The notes under the pieces are model-generated. The model was given only the letters and a program-made list of their open reading frames with translations, was not told the DNA's origin and searched no databases. A DNA stretch of 32,089 nucleotides from an uncultured Bifidobacteriaceae bacterium (GTDB lineage Bacteria; Verrucomicrobiota; Verrucomicrobiia; Limisphaerales; UBA11358). The stretch covers positions 1 through 32,089 of the forward strand of contig CAYPTV010000001.1 of the NCBI GenBank assembly GCA_964413505.1. The letters run 5' to 3'. Shown piece by piece: positions 1 through 8,024 of this stretch (positions within the stretch are counted from its first letter, which is position 1; every line of letters begins with the position of its first letter). The translations under genes and the position numbers were made by a program.

Positions 1-752
1 TCACCGAAGGATTCAAGGCCACCAAACTTTATCCGGCAAGCAGCGCCCTAGCGACAGAATGCCATTCGCTGCTCGGCGTGGTTCCTCCGCAATTTAACCT
101 GGATCATCGCGGCCATTTGATCCGCATCGCCGCCACCATCCTGTCCACGGAATTCAAGGAAGGACAATCCCAGCGGAGCGGCTACGCGCGGACGGAGGAC
201 CACATGGTTCAGGTCTTCGAAAAACTTTCGGCATCCGAGCTGATCAATCTTTCCGTGGGCGAGCTTGCCGAGAGGTTCAACTGCAGCCGCCGCCATCTCA
301 ACCGGCTTTTTCACCAGCATTTTGGCGTTTCCGTGGCCGCCTTGAGAATGGAGATGCGGATGCTCAAGGCGATTTCTTTGTTGCGCGACGCGGACGTAAA
401 AATCATCAACGTGGCCGACCAGTGCGGATTCAATCATCTCGGACTTTTTAACACCTGCTTCAAGCGGCGGTTCGGCACCAGCCCCGGCCAGTGGCGCAAG
501 TCATCCGCTCCGTCCGCAAAAGCGCCTGCGCGCAAGCTTGGGAACAATCCGGTCTGCCCGCTGCAAGCCAGCGGCTCGTGCCCGATGGGTGCCAGGCTCG
601 ACGCCTCCCAGCCGGCGGTCGTGACAACCATTGCCGACAAAATCAAGGACGGCGCAAACATCCTGGCGGATTTGAAGCGCCGGGATTTGATGTTCGGGGC
701 GCAATCGCTTTCAAACATGCAGCGCAATTCATCTGAAACCAGGGCGGAATAA
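1..752 (+). CDS. AraC/XylS-family transcriptional regulator, 5'-truncated by the window edge
   Basis: The reading frame is open from the window start to TAA 750-752. FNCSRRHLNRLFHQHFGVSVAALRMEMRMLKAISLL...VADQCGFNHLGLFNTCFKRRFGTSPGQWRK is a textbook AraC double helix-turn-helix. The N-terminal sensor domain must lie upstream of the window. An ~85-aa low-complexity tail follows the HTH. Confidence 0.8.
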   Translation, partial: TEGFKATKLYPASSALATECHSLLGVVPPQFNLDHRGHLIRIAATILSTEFKEGQSQRSGYARTEDHMVQVFEKLSASELINLSVGELAERFNCSRRHLNRLFHQHFGVSVAALRMEMRMLKAISLLRDADVKIINVADQCGFNHLGLFNTCFKRRFGTSPGQWRKSSAPSAKAPARKLGNNPVCPLQASGSCPMGARLDASQPAVVTTIADKIKDGANILADLKRRDLMFGAQSLSNMQRNSSETRAE

Positions 753-763
753 AATTTGAACTT

Positions 764-2068
764 ATGATTTTTTTAACGCCATTGTTTTTCTGTAGCCGCT
801 TTTGCAAAAAAAATTTCCACTGCTGCGCGCTGCTCCTGCTTTTGGCGGCACTGCCGGCGTCGGCGCAGCAGGCATTGCAAAATTCGATTGCGGGCGACGC
901 GGCTGCGGCGGATCGAAACCAGCAGATGCAATCCCCGGATTACACTTTCAAAAAAGGCGACTTTCAAATGCTGGTCATTCCATCGCTTGGATTTGACTGG
1001 AACGACAATGTGAACCTCACCCAGACGAACATCTGGCAGGATTACATCATCAAGCCGGCTGTCGGCATCACGGCCAGTTATCCGTTCACCCAGCGCAATC
1101 TTTTGTATCTGAATTTTTCAATCGGTTACGACCGTTACATTCTTCATCCGCAATTGAGCACATTGGACATCAATTCCACCTCAAAGACCGGGCTTTCATT
1201 CGACGTGGGAATCAAGGATGTGACGACAAGCTTTCACGACTGGATCAGCTATTCGCAAGACGCCTCCCAAGATGCGACCGTGGTCAACACACCCAGCTAC
1301 GGCACCTTGCAAAACACCGCCGGGTTTGCCAGCACCTGGGACTTGAATCAAATCACGTTGTCCGCCGGCTATGATCACCAAAATGTCATCGCCACCAGTA
1401 GTGCATTTGATGACATCAATAACGCCTCGGAAATGTTGTTCGCGCGCGCCACGCTTCAGGTGCATCCCAAAGTGACCGTCGGCATTGAGTCTTCGGCCTC
1501 ATTCACCACCTATGAACAGCAAGCCTTGAACAATAATAACGCCTACTCTGTCGGACCATATGTGGAGTTTCGGCCCGGCTCATATTTCACCTTGACCGTC
1601 CGCGGCGGCTATTCCATCAACCAGTTTGCAAACACCAGCACCAACATCCAGACCGCAAGCCAAGATTCGTGGTATGCCAGCGTCAACATCTCGCATCAAC
1701 CGAGGGAATCCATCAGCTACTCTCTCGGCATCGGGCGTGAAGTGCAGGCCGGTGCCCAGTCGGATCTGGTTGAAGACTGGTATGTCCGCCCGGCCATCAC
1801 ATGGAAAATCATCAACGGCCTGGATTTCGTAACGTCCATGTCTTACGAACACGGCGACCAAGGCGTGGGAAGCGTGGGAAATTTGCCGGGAAATCCCAAC
1901 GGCAATTTTGACTGGTATACCGGCGAGGTGAGCCTTCAGCATCCGCTCACCAGCCGCCTCGCAATGAGCCTGGATTACCGGCTGACCGTGCGCTCATCCG
2001 GCACGCCCAATGACGGCTACACTCAAAACATGGTCGGCTTTGAACTGACCTATCACCTGCCCGAATGA
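764..2068 (+). CDS. Putative outer-membrane beta-barrel protein of the polysaccharide export module
   Basis: Signal peptide ALLLLLAALPASAQQ. The rest of the protein is a long series of alternating amphipathic strands (TLTVRGGYSINQF, YASVNISHQP, ISYSLGIGREVQ, YVRPAITWKI, LAMSLDYRLTV, MVGFELTYHL). Its stop overlaps the next gene's start (ATGA at 2065-2068). Confidence 0.55.
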   Translation: MIFLTPLFFCSRFCKKNFHCCALLLLLAALPASAQQALQNSIAGDAAAADRNQQMQSPDYTFKKGDFQMLVIPSLGFDWNDNVNLTQTNIWQDYIIKPAVGITASYPFTQRNLLYLNFSIGYDRYILHPQLSTLDINSTSKTGLSFDVGIKDVTTSFHDWISYSQDASQDATVVNTPSYGTLQNTAGFASTWDLNQITLSAGYDHQNVIATSSAFDDINNASEMLFARATLQVHPKVTVGIESSASFTTYEQQALNNNNAYSVGPYVEFRPGSYFTLTVRGGYSINQFANTSTNIQTASQDSWYASVNISHQPRESISYSLGIGREVQAGAQSDLVEDWYVRPAITWKIINGLDFVTSMSYEHGDQGVGSVGNLPGNPNGNFDWYTGEVSLQHPLTSRLAMSLDYRLTVRSSGTPNDGYTQNMVGFELTYHLPE

Positions 2069-2838
2069 ATTATTTCCTGAAACCATCAGCAACCAGTGAA
2101 TTGCCGGAGACCGAAAATTCCGTCCCGCGACGAAGGCACCTGCGCAATTTGAATTTAAACAATTTTGTCAAAGCGATTCTGTTTGCCGCCGGAATTTTTT
2201 GTTGCAGTGTTCTTAAAGCGGCGGACACCGGGCTTGCGACAAATACAATTTCAAGCAATTTGACAGCGACAGCGGCCGGAAGTTCCGGCATCAACGCGGC
2301 CAATGTGCTGGACGACAAATACCGGCTTGTAATTGGGGATCAATTAAGTTTTCAGATCATTGAAGATGAGGATGATCCCGTGCATCTCGTTGTCACTGAT
2401 TCGGGAGATTTGCAGGTTCCCTACATCGGCCGTTATCCGGCGGTAGGCAAGACCTGCAAGGAACTGGCGTCGGCGCTGAAGGTCGAGTTGGAAAAAGAAT
2501 ATTACAAGCAGGCCACCGTGATCATCGCCGTGGATGCAAAACCCGAAAGTCGCGGCAAGATTTATCTCGTCGGCGCCATCCGCGCTCCCGGGCCGGAGGA
2601 CATTTCCAGCGACGAAGTGCTGACGGTGAGCAAGGCCATCCTGCGGGCGGGCGGTTTTACGGATTACGCGGATGAAAAAAACGTCAAGGTGACGCGCAGC
2701 GCCGGAGGCGGCAACAGCGGCGACAAGACGTTCGTCGTGAACGTGTCCCGGATTCTTGAAGATGGCAAAACGGCGGACGACCTGCCGTTGCAGCCGGGCG
2801 ACCTTATATTTGTTCCCGAACGGATGGTCCGGTTTTAG
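2065..2838 (+). CDS. Polysaccharide export protein (OPX family, Wza/GumB-like; Poly_export + SLBB)
   Basis: YRLVIGDQLSFQI...DSGDLQVPYIGRYPAVGKTCKELASALKVELEKEYY...GKIYLVGAIRAPG...VSKAILRAGGFTDYAD...LQPGDLIFVPER matches the Poly_export and soluble-ligand-binding beta-grasp pattern. An N-terminal hydrophobic anchor or signal is present. Confidence 0.8.
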   Translation: MNYFLKPSATSELPETENSVPRRRHLRNLNLNNFVKAILFAAGIFCCSVLKAADTGLATNTISSNLTATAAGSSGINAANVLDDKYRLVIGDQLSFQIIEDEDDPVHLVVTDSGDLQVPYIGRYPAVGKTCKELASALKVELEKEYYKQATVIIAVDAKPESRGKIYLVGAIRAPGPEDISSDEVLTVSKAILRAGGFTDYADEKNVKVTRSAGGGNSGDKTFVVNVSRILEDGKTADDLPLQPGDLIFVPERMVRF

Positions 2839-2844
2839 GCAAAC

Positions 2845-5010
2845 ATGAAAAATCTAACACCAGTTCCGCCGTCGGATCCGGGCTTCCAGTTGATGGAGCC
2901 GATGACGAACAGCCACGCCGCGCCGCCTCCGAAATTTCGGCCGCAGAAGCTCTTGTTCTTCCTGCGGAAATTTTGGTGGATACCGCTCGTTGCGATGGTG
3001 TTGAGTTTCGGAATAGCCGTCTATAAATTTTTTCGGACCCCGCCGATATTTGTTTCATATGGACGTTTGGTGGAGACTGAAAAGCTGCAATTACCGGGTG
3101 GCGCCGGCTTTTCCGGTGACCAGGCCAACGGTTCTGAAAGGGACACTTATCTCGGCACGTTGTCTGAATTGCTCCGCGATGAAACAATGAGGGATATGAC
3201 GACGAACAGGCTGGCAACATTCTCCACAAGCAAGTATGTCCTGGAAAATCTCGATCTCCCCGTGGACATTCAAGTCTACACCTCGGCGAAAAGTTCCATT
3301 TATACGATTGAAACACGCAGCAAGAACCCGGCATTCACCTCGGCTTTCCTCGACGCTCTCATGGAGTCGTATCTGGATTATCGCAAAACCACCCGGCGCG
3401 AAGTTTCCGAAGGAACGCTGGCTTCCATCTCCGAACAAGTTCAGCGGCTGGAGCGCGACATGAAGGACGGACAGAAGGCGCTGAACGACTATGAACAGAG
3501 CAACAATTTTGCGGTCTTGCAGGAAGAAAGCACCATCGAAGCGTCCTATCTGGTCAAGTTGAAAACGGAATTGTCCGACTATCAGCTGGAAGTGCAGTTG
3601 CTTGCCGCCAAGGAACTCGAGGCGGATTCGGGCCAGGCGGGAGCAACGAACGACAGTGACACGATTTTTGATTCGCTGCGCACTTCCGGCTCCGCCGTGT
3701 CTTCCGCCTCCGGCCGGATGGATGCCGAACAGCAAATTGATCTGCTCAAGGCGGATCGCGAAAGACTGTCCAAATATCTTCTTCCCAAGCATCCAAAAAT
3801 GGTCAAGCTGGACGAACAAATCGCCCGCGCCCAAAAATTGATTGACGTCTACAGCCAGCAAAACCACGAGCAAATTGCCGCCGCGCGCGAGGCACTGCAG
3901 ATTAAAATTGACAGCGTCGAACAATTTATCACGGAGTGGGAGGCCAAGGTGGCGGACGCCAACCAACGCATCGCCACTGCGGACGGTCTCAAGCAGGACG
4001 TTCTTCGCAATCAAGGGTTGTATGACCGGCTCACGGCTCTTTTGCAAAATGTTGACATCAGCCGGAACATTGACCAGGACACGCTTTCCATTTTGGATCA
4101 CGCCACGCCGTCCTCGCGTTCCTATTCAGAAGGAAAAACCGCGATCATTCATTCCATCTTCATCGGGCTTGGCCTGGGTCTGGGAATTGTCCTGCTGATC
4201 GCCATCCGCGACGACCGGTTTATTTCAATTGGCGAAGTGACCGAAAGGTTTGGCGACAACGTCGTCGGCCAGGTGCCGGAAATTCCAGAATTTTCAAGTT
4301 CAGCGTCGCTGTCCCTTTTGGAGGACAACGATGACCGTCATATGTATGCCGAGTCCTATCGCAACCTTCGTTCGGCGCTCCTCTATCTTGGCGTCGAAGG
4401 CCGGCGGCCCAAGGTCGTGCTTGTCACCAGCTCGGTGCCGAATGAAGGCAAGTCCACCATTGCCACCAATCTAGCCCGCGCGCTGGCGTTGGGCGGCGCC
4501 AAGGTGCTGCTGATGGATGGAGACATGCGCAAAGGGCGCATCCATGACATGTTGAAGCTGCAATCCAAGCCCGGCTTGAGCGATTTGCTGCGCCAGCCGG
4601 ATGATCCAGAAAAATTCATCCAAACCACCGACCTGCCAAATTTCAATTTCCTGTCCAGAGGCAGCATCACCCGCAATCCCGGCGATCTGCTTCTAAGCCC
4701 GGCGCTGGACCAGATTCTCGCCCGTCTTCGTGATCAATACGATCACATCCTGATTGACAGTTGCCCGGTGTTTGCGGCGGACGACACGTCCAACATCGCC
4801 CCCAAGGTGGACGGCACGTTGTTTGTGGTGCGCAGCCGTTTTTCCCATGCCCGCATGGTCCGTGAGGCGCTGGAACTGCTCTTTCAGCGTCAGGCCAAGG
4901 TGCTTGGATTGATTTTGAACCGTTCGGATTCCAACGCCCGCTCCAATTACTATTACAAGTATGGCGAGTATTACTCGACCAATGTCCCGGACGAGGCTGA
5001 AGCTTCGTGA
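2845..5010 (+). CDS. Polysaccharide co-polymerase with C-terminal BY-tyrosine kinase (Wzc/GumC-like, PCP-2a)
   Basis: Two TM segments (WWIPLVAMVLSFGIAVY and IFIGLGLGLGIVLLIAI) bracket a long coiled-coil periplasmic region. The kinase has Walker A VTSSVPNEGKST, A' LLMDGDMRKG and B HILIDSCP. The C-terminal Tyr cluster is SNYYYKYGEYYS. Confidence 0.88.
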   Translation: MKNLTPVPPSDPGFQLMEPMTNSHAAPPPKFRPQKLLFFLRKFWWIPLVAMVLSFGIAVYKFFRTPPIFVSYGRLVETEKLQLPGGAGFSGDQANGSERDTYLGTLSELLRDETMRDMTTNRLATFSTSKYVLENLDLPVDIQVYTSAKSSIYTIETRSKNPAFTSAFLDALMESYLDYRKTTRREVSEGTLASISEQVQRLERDMKDGQKALNDYEQSNNFAVLQEESTIEASYLVKLKTELSDYQLEVQLLAAKELEADSGQAGATNDSDTIFDSLRTSGSAVSSASGRMDAEQQIDLLKADRERLSKYLLPKHPKMVKLDEQIARAQKLIDVYSQQNHEQIAAAREALQIKIDSVEQFITEWEAKVADANQRIATADGLKQDVLRNQGLYDRLTALLQNVDISRNIDQDTLSILDHATPSSRSYSEGKTAIIHSIFIGLGLGLGIVLLIAIRDDRFISIGEVTERFGDNVVGQVPEIPEFSSSASLSLLEDNDDRHMYAESYRNLRSALLYLGVEGRRPKVVLVTSSVPNEGKSTIATNLARALALGGAKVLLMDGDMRKGRIHDMLKLQSKPGLSDLLRQPDDPEKFIQTTDLPNFNFLSRGSITRNPGDLLLSPALDQILARLRDQYDHILIDSCPVFAADDTSNIAPKVDGTLFVVRSRFSHARMVREALELLFQRQAKVLGLILNRSDSNARSNYYYKYGEYYSTNVPDEAEAS

Positions 5011-5047
5011 AGCGCGGATATAAATCCGCGCTCCTTTTGATTTTTTA
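5011..5047 (+). terminator. Rho-independent terminator after the wzc-like gene
   Basis: Perfect 9-bp stem AGCGCGGAT (5011-5019) / ATCCGCGCT (5024-5032) with a 4-nt loop, followed by CCTTTTGATTTTTT. A second, weaker hairpin GGAAGACC..GGTCTTCC sits at 5102-5119. Confidence 0.7.
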
Positions 5048-5215
5048 CAGGCGGCGATGGCGGCTTGGGATGAAGTGAATAAATGACTGTCATTCGCAGG
5101 CGGAAGACCGGGGTCTTCCTTTCGGAATAATGGAACATGGCGATCAAAAGACCCGTAGATTCGCGGAATCAAAAAGCATCTGCGAATTGACCGGCACGAA
5201 GTGTCTTTAAAAAAA

Positions 5216-5318
5216 TCTGAAATGCTGAAATGAGAAATTGGGAAATAGGAAATGAAATTATTTTTGATTTGTTTTGATTCCGCTTTCATAATTTTAGGGT
5301 TTAAGCTTTTGATGATTT
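5216..5318 (+). repeat. Junction element A: GAAA-rich arm followed by a TTTC/TTTG-rich arm, ending at the wzm ATG
   Basis: tctgaaatgctgaaatgagaaattgggaaataggaaatgaaatt | atttttgatttgttttgattccgctttcat...aagcttttgatgatttATG. It shares the modules GAAATGAAaTT, TTCCGCTTT and AGCTTTTGAT with the elements at 19355, 22566 and 27652. Confidence 0.6.
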
Positions 5319-6206
5319 ATGCCTGATCTGCGTCTTCCACCTTCCGACCTCCGGCCTCCAGCCTCCGACGAGGGCTGGACCACCATCATCTCGCCCCATC
5401 GGGGCTGGCTTGACTGGCGGCTGAAGCAGCTCTGGCGCTATCGCGACCTGATTTCCCTGTTCGTGTGGCGCGATTTCGTCTCCGCCTACAAACAAACCAT
5501 CCTAGGACCGCTCTGGCACATCATCCAGCCGCTGCTCACCACCATCACGTTCACCATCATCTTCGGCAAGATCGCCAGGCTGTCAACCGACGGCGTGCCG
5601 CCGTTCCTTTTTTATCTGGCGGGAAACGTCTGCTGGAGTTATTTCGCTAACAACATCAACAAGACCTCCAGCACCTTCGTGGGCAACTCCGCGCTGCTGG
5701 GCAAGGTCTATTTTCACCGGCTTGTCATCCCGATCTCCATCGCCATCTCCAACCTCGTTTCCTTTGCCATCCAGCTCGGAATTTTTCTGGTGTTTCTTGC
5801 CATCAATTACCGCGCCGGGAACAACGTGCATTTCACCGGCTGGGTTTTTTGCACGCCGCTGTTCCTGTTGATGCTCGCTGGCTATGGCCTCGGCGGCGGC
5901 ATCATCGTCTCGGCGCTGACGACGCGCTATCGCGACCTCACCAACCTCGTCGCCTTCGGCGTGCAACTGCTGATGTTTGCCACGCCGGTGATCCTTCCCT
6001 TGTCGCAGATGCCGCCGAAATACCGCTGGGTGATGGAGTTCAATCCGCTGACGCCTGTCGTCGAGGGCTTCCGGCGCGGATTTCTCGGCGCGGGCAGCGT
6101 GGACGCGGTGCAACTGGGAACCAGCTTCGGCGTCATGCTCGTGGTGCTCGCCGTCGGCCTGATGCTCTTCACGCATGTAGAGAGAACGTTTATGGACACG
6201 GTCTAG
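5319..6206 (+). CDS. wzm: ABC-2 type polysaccharide/O-antigen export permease
   Basis: The N-terminal signature LKQLWRYRDLISLFVWRDFVSAYKQTILGPLWHIIQPLLTTITFTIIFG is followed by about 6 hydrophobic helices, as is typical of Wzm/TagG/KpsM permeases. Confidence 0.85.
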   Translation: MPDLRLPPSDLRPPASDEGWTTIISPHRGWLDWRLKQLWRYRDLISLFVWRDFVSAYKQTILGPLWHIIQPLLTTITFTIIFGKIARLSTDGVPPFLFYLAGNVCWSYFANNINKTSSTFVGNSALLGKVYFHRLVIPISIAISNLVSFAIQLGIFLVFLAINYRAGNNVHFTGWVFCTPLFLLMLAGYGLGGGIIVSALTTRYRDLTNLVAFGVQLLMFATPVILPLSQMPPKYRWVMEFNPLTPVVEGFRRGFLGAGSVDAVQLGTSFGVMLVVLAVGLMLFTHVERTFMDTV

Positions 6207-6224
6207 CGCCGAAGGCGCGACGAC

Positions 6225-6291
6225 GGACTACGAGACCGCAAGACAACAGACCATGCGGATACGAGACCACTGACCACAGGACAACAAGACC
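6225..6291 (+). repeat. Left flank of the four-helix-bundle cassette (T-poor ACG-rich tract with internal direct repeats)
   Basis: ggactacgagaccgcaagacaacagaccatgcggatacgagaccactgaccacaggacaacaagacc. ACGAGACC occurs twice (6230, 6261). GAGACCACTGAC (6263-6274) is the exact reverse complement of 6679-6690. Confidence 0.65.
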
Positions 6292-6678
6292 ATGAGAGAT
6301 TACACGAAGATTGAAGCGTGGAAACTGGCGGACGATTTGACGGTGGCCGTCTATGAACAAACACGGCTATTTCCAAGAGAGGAAATTTATGGGCTGACCA
6401 GCCAGTTGCGCCGCGCTTCGTATTCCGTGCCTGCAAATATTGTGGAAGGTTCCTCGCGCGAGAGCAAAAAGGACTACTTGCACTTCCTTTACATTTCGCG
6501 TGGCTCGTTATCGGAAACCCAGTATTTCATTCACTTGTCACGGCGGCTTGGCTATCTGTCTGTCGCGGATGCAGAGCGATTGATTGGACAGACCCGACAG
6601 ACGTTTGCGTGTTTGCACGGCTTGATTAAGGCAGTCGAAAAAGAGGCGGGGAAGTTTGGAAAGTCAGTAGTCCCGTAG
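6292..6678 (+). CDS. Four-helix-bundle protein (23S rRNA intervening-sequence protein / Avd-like family)
   Basis: YTKIEAWKLADDLTVAVYEQTRLFPREEIYGLTSQLRRASYSVPANIVEGSSRESKKDYLHFLYISRGSLSETQYFIHLSRRLGYL is the canonical motif set of this family. Confidence 0.88.
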   Translation: MRDYTKIEAWKLADDLTVAVYEQTRLFPREEIYGLTSQLRRASYSVPANIVEGSSRESKKDYLHFLYISRGSLSETQYFIHLSRRLGYLSVADAERLIGQTRQTFACLHGLIKAVEKEAGKFGKSVVP

Positions 6679-6690
6679 TCAGTGGTCTCA
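6661..6690 (+). repeat. Right flank of the four-helix-bundle cassette (inverted copy of the left flank)
   Basis: aagtcagtagtcccgtagtcagtggtctca. GTCAGTGGTCTC (6679-6690) pairs perfectly (12 bp) with 6263-6274. Pairing extends inward imperfectly for about 11 more positions and covers the stop codon. Confidence 0.65.
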
Positions 6691-6697
6691 TTTTCTT

Positions 6698-7969
6698 ATG
6701 TCTACCGTCATTTCCGTTGAAAATGTCTCCAAGGCCTACCGCCTGGGGCAGATTGGCGGTGGCACGCTCAAGGAAGACGTTGCCCGCTGGTGGGCGAAGC
6801 TGCGCGGCAGGCCGGACCCGTTCCTGAAGATCGGCGAGGAACATCATGCGCGCCACATGGGCGAGCAGTTCTGGGCGCTGGACAATGTCAGCTTCGAGGT
6901 CAAGCAGGGCGAGGTGCTGGGCATCATCGGACGCAACGGCGCGGGCAAGAGCACGCTGTTGAAAATTCTTTCACAAGTCACCACGCCGACGAGTGGACAG
7001 ATCAAGATCAAGGGACGCATTGCGTCCCTGCTGGAGGTGGGCACCGGGTTTAACCCGGAAATGACCGGGCGCGAAAACATTTTCCTCAACGGCGCCATCC
7101 TGGGCATGACCAAGGCCGAAATACGGAAAAATTTTGACGAAATCGTGGCGTTTTCCGGGGTTGAAGAATTCATAGATACTCCGGTGAAACGTTATTCCAG
7201 CGGCATGTATGTGCGGCTGGCGTTTGCGGTGGCCGCGCATTTGGAACCGGAGATTCTGATCGTGGACGAAGTGCTGGCGGTGGGTGATGCCGAGTTCCAA
7301 AAAAAATGCATTGGAAAAATGCAGGATGTAGCTGGGCATGGACGCACAATACTTTTTGTGAGCCACAACATTGGTGCCGTGCGCACCCTTTGCAGCACAG
7401 GCATATTGCTTAAGAATGGTAAGCTTGAAATATCAGGCCCCATCGATGACATAATTGGAGCTTATATGGACTCTGGAGTGCAGCAGGCTAACAGCCATAC
7501 AGTAATAATTCCAAAGCCACCGAAGCGCTGCACGGTGTGGATGGAATCCGTCTCCATACTCTGCAATGGCAACCGAAAATCGACACTGGAAATCGGTGAC
7601 AAATTGTGTCTTGAAGTTAAATTTAGATCGTATGATCCTATTCAAAGACCAATTATTGGTTATCTCATCCGTTCGTCTCGTGGAGAAGACTTGGTGAATG
7701 CCAACAATTATTTTCTTCCGTCGCCTGATTACCCAACACCAGTCACGGATGGCACAATCGTCTGCGACTTGGGAGATTTGCCTCTTATGTCTGGATCATA
7801 TTCAGTTTCATTTTGGTTGTGCCGCAATCCTCACGAGCAACATCATGTAGAGGATGTATTGCATTTTACCGTCGAAGAAAAAAATATTTGGGGCACTGAT
7901 GCGCTGCCAAATAAATCGTTAGGTGGTCTCTGGTGGCCTACACAATTCAGATTTTCAGCGAACGATTAA
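6698..7969 (+). CDS. wzt: Polysaccharide/O-antigen ABC exporter ATPase with a C-terminal carbohydrate-binding-type extension
   Basis: Walker A GRNGAGKST, signature YSSGMYVRLAFA, Walker B ILIVDEVLAVGD and H-loop FVSHN. A ~170-aa C-terminal extension follows (from about 7440), as in Wzt/TagH proteins that recognise the glycan terminus. Confidence 0.88.
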   Translation: MSTVISVENVSKAYRLGQIGGGTLKEDVARWWAKLRGRPDPFLKIGEEHHARHMGEQFWALDNVSFEVKQGEVLGIIGRNGAGKSTLLKILSQVTTPTSGQIKIKGRIASLLEVGTGFNPEMTGRENIFLNGAILGMTKAEIRKNFDEIVAFSGVEEFIDTPVKRYSSGMYVRLAFAVAAHLEPEILIVDEVLAVGDAEFQKKCIGKMQDVAGHGRTILFVSHNIGAVRTLCSTGILLKNGKLEISGPIDDIIGAYMDSGVQQANSHTVIIPKPPKRCTVWMESVSILCNGNRKSTLEIGDKLCLEVKFRSYDPIQRPIIGYLIRSSRGEDLVNANNYFLPSPDYPTPVTDGTIVCDLGDLPLMSGSYSVSFWLCRNPHEQHHVEDVLHFTVEEKNIWGTDALPNKSLGGLWWPTQFRFSAND

Positions 7970-8024
7970 GCGCGAGTTACAGCAACTGAAACATGAGATT
8001 CGGAACCGGTTAATAACCAGCAGT

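Noticed and set aside
3091-4101. Long minus-strand ORFs (3091-4101, 4693-5289, 5583-6176, 9788-10657, 30569-31159 and others) as genes
   Set aside because: All lie antisense to + strand ORFs with strong family signatures. Their translations are Arg/Gly/Pro-rich low-complexity sequence typical of shadow frames in GC-rich coding DNA.
5849-6295. Same-strand out-of-frame ORFs inside real genes (5849-6295, 3842-4198, 14744-15244, 17756-18052 and others)
   Set aside because: These are alternative frames of confidently assigned CDSs, with Arg/Pro-rich nonsense-like translations.
6292-6678. Diversity-generating retroelement, because the four-helix-bundle protein is Avd-like
   Set aside because: The window has no reverse transcriptase and no template/variable repeat pair. 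The only in-gene repeat (14598-15209) differs at all base types rather than only at adenines.
7923-8024. Upstream extensions of track ORFs (7923, 8450, 26351, 29698, 19441, 22642) as true starts
   Set aside because: Each extension overlaps the preceding gene or begins at a TTG or GTG. An in-frame ATG at the family-typical N-terminus removes the overlap (8025, 8597, 26396, 29836, 19450, 22666).
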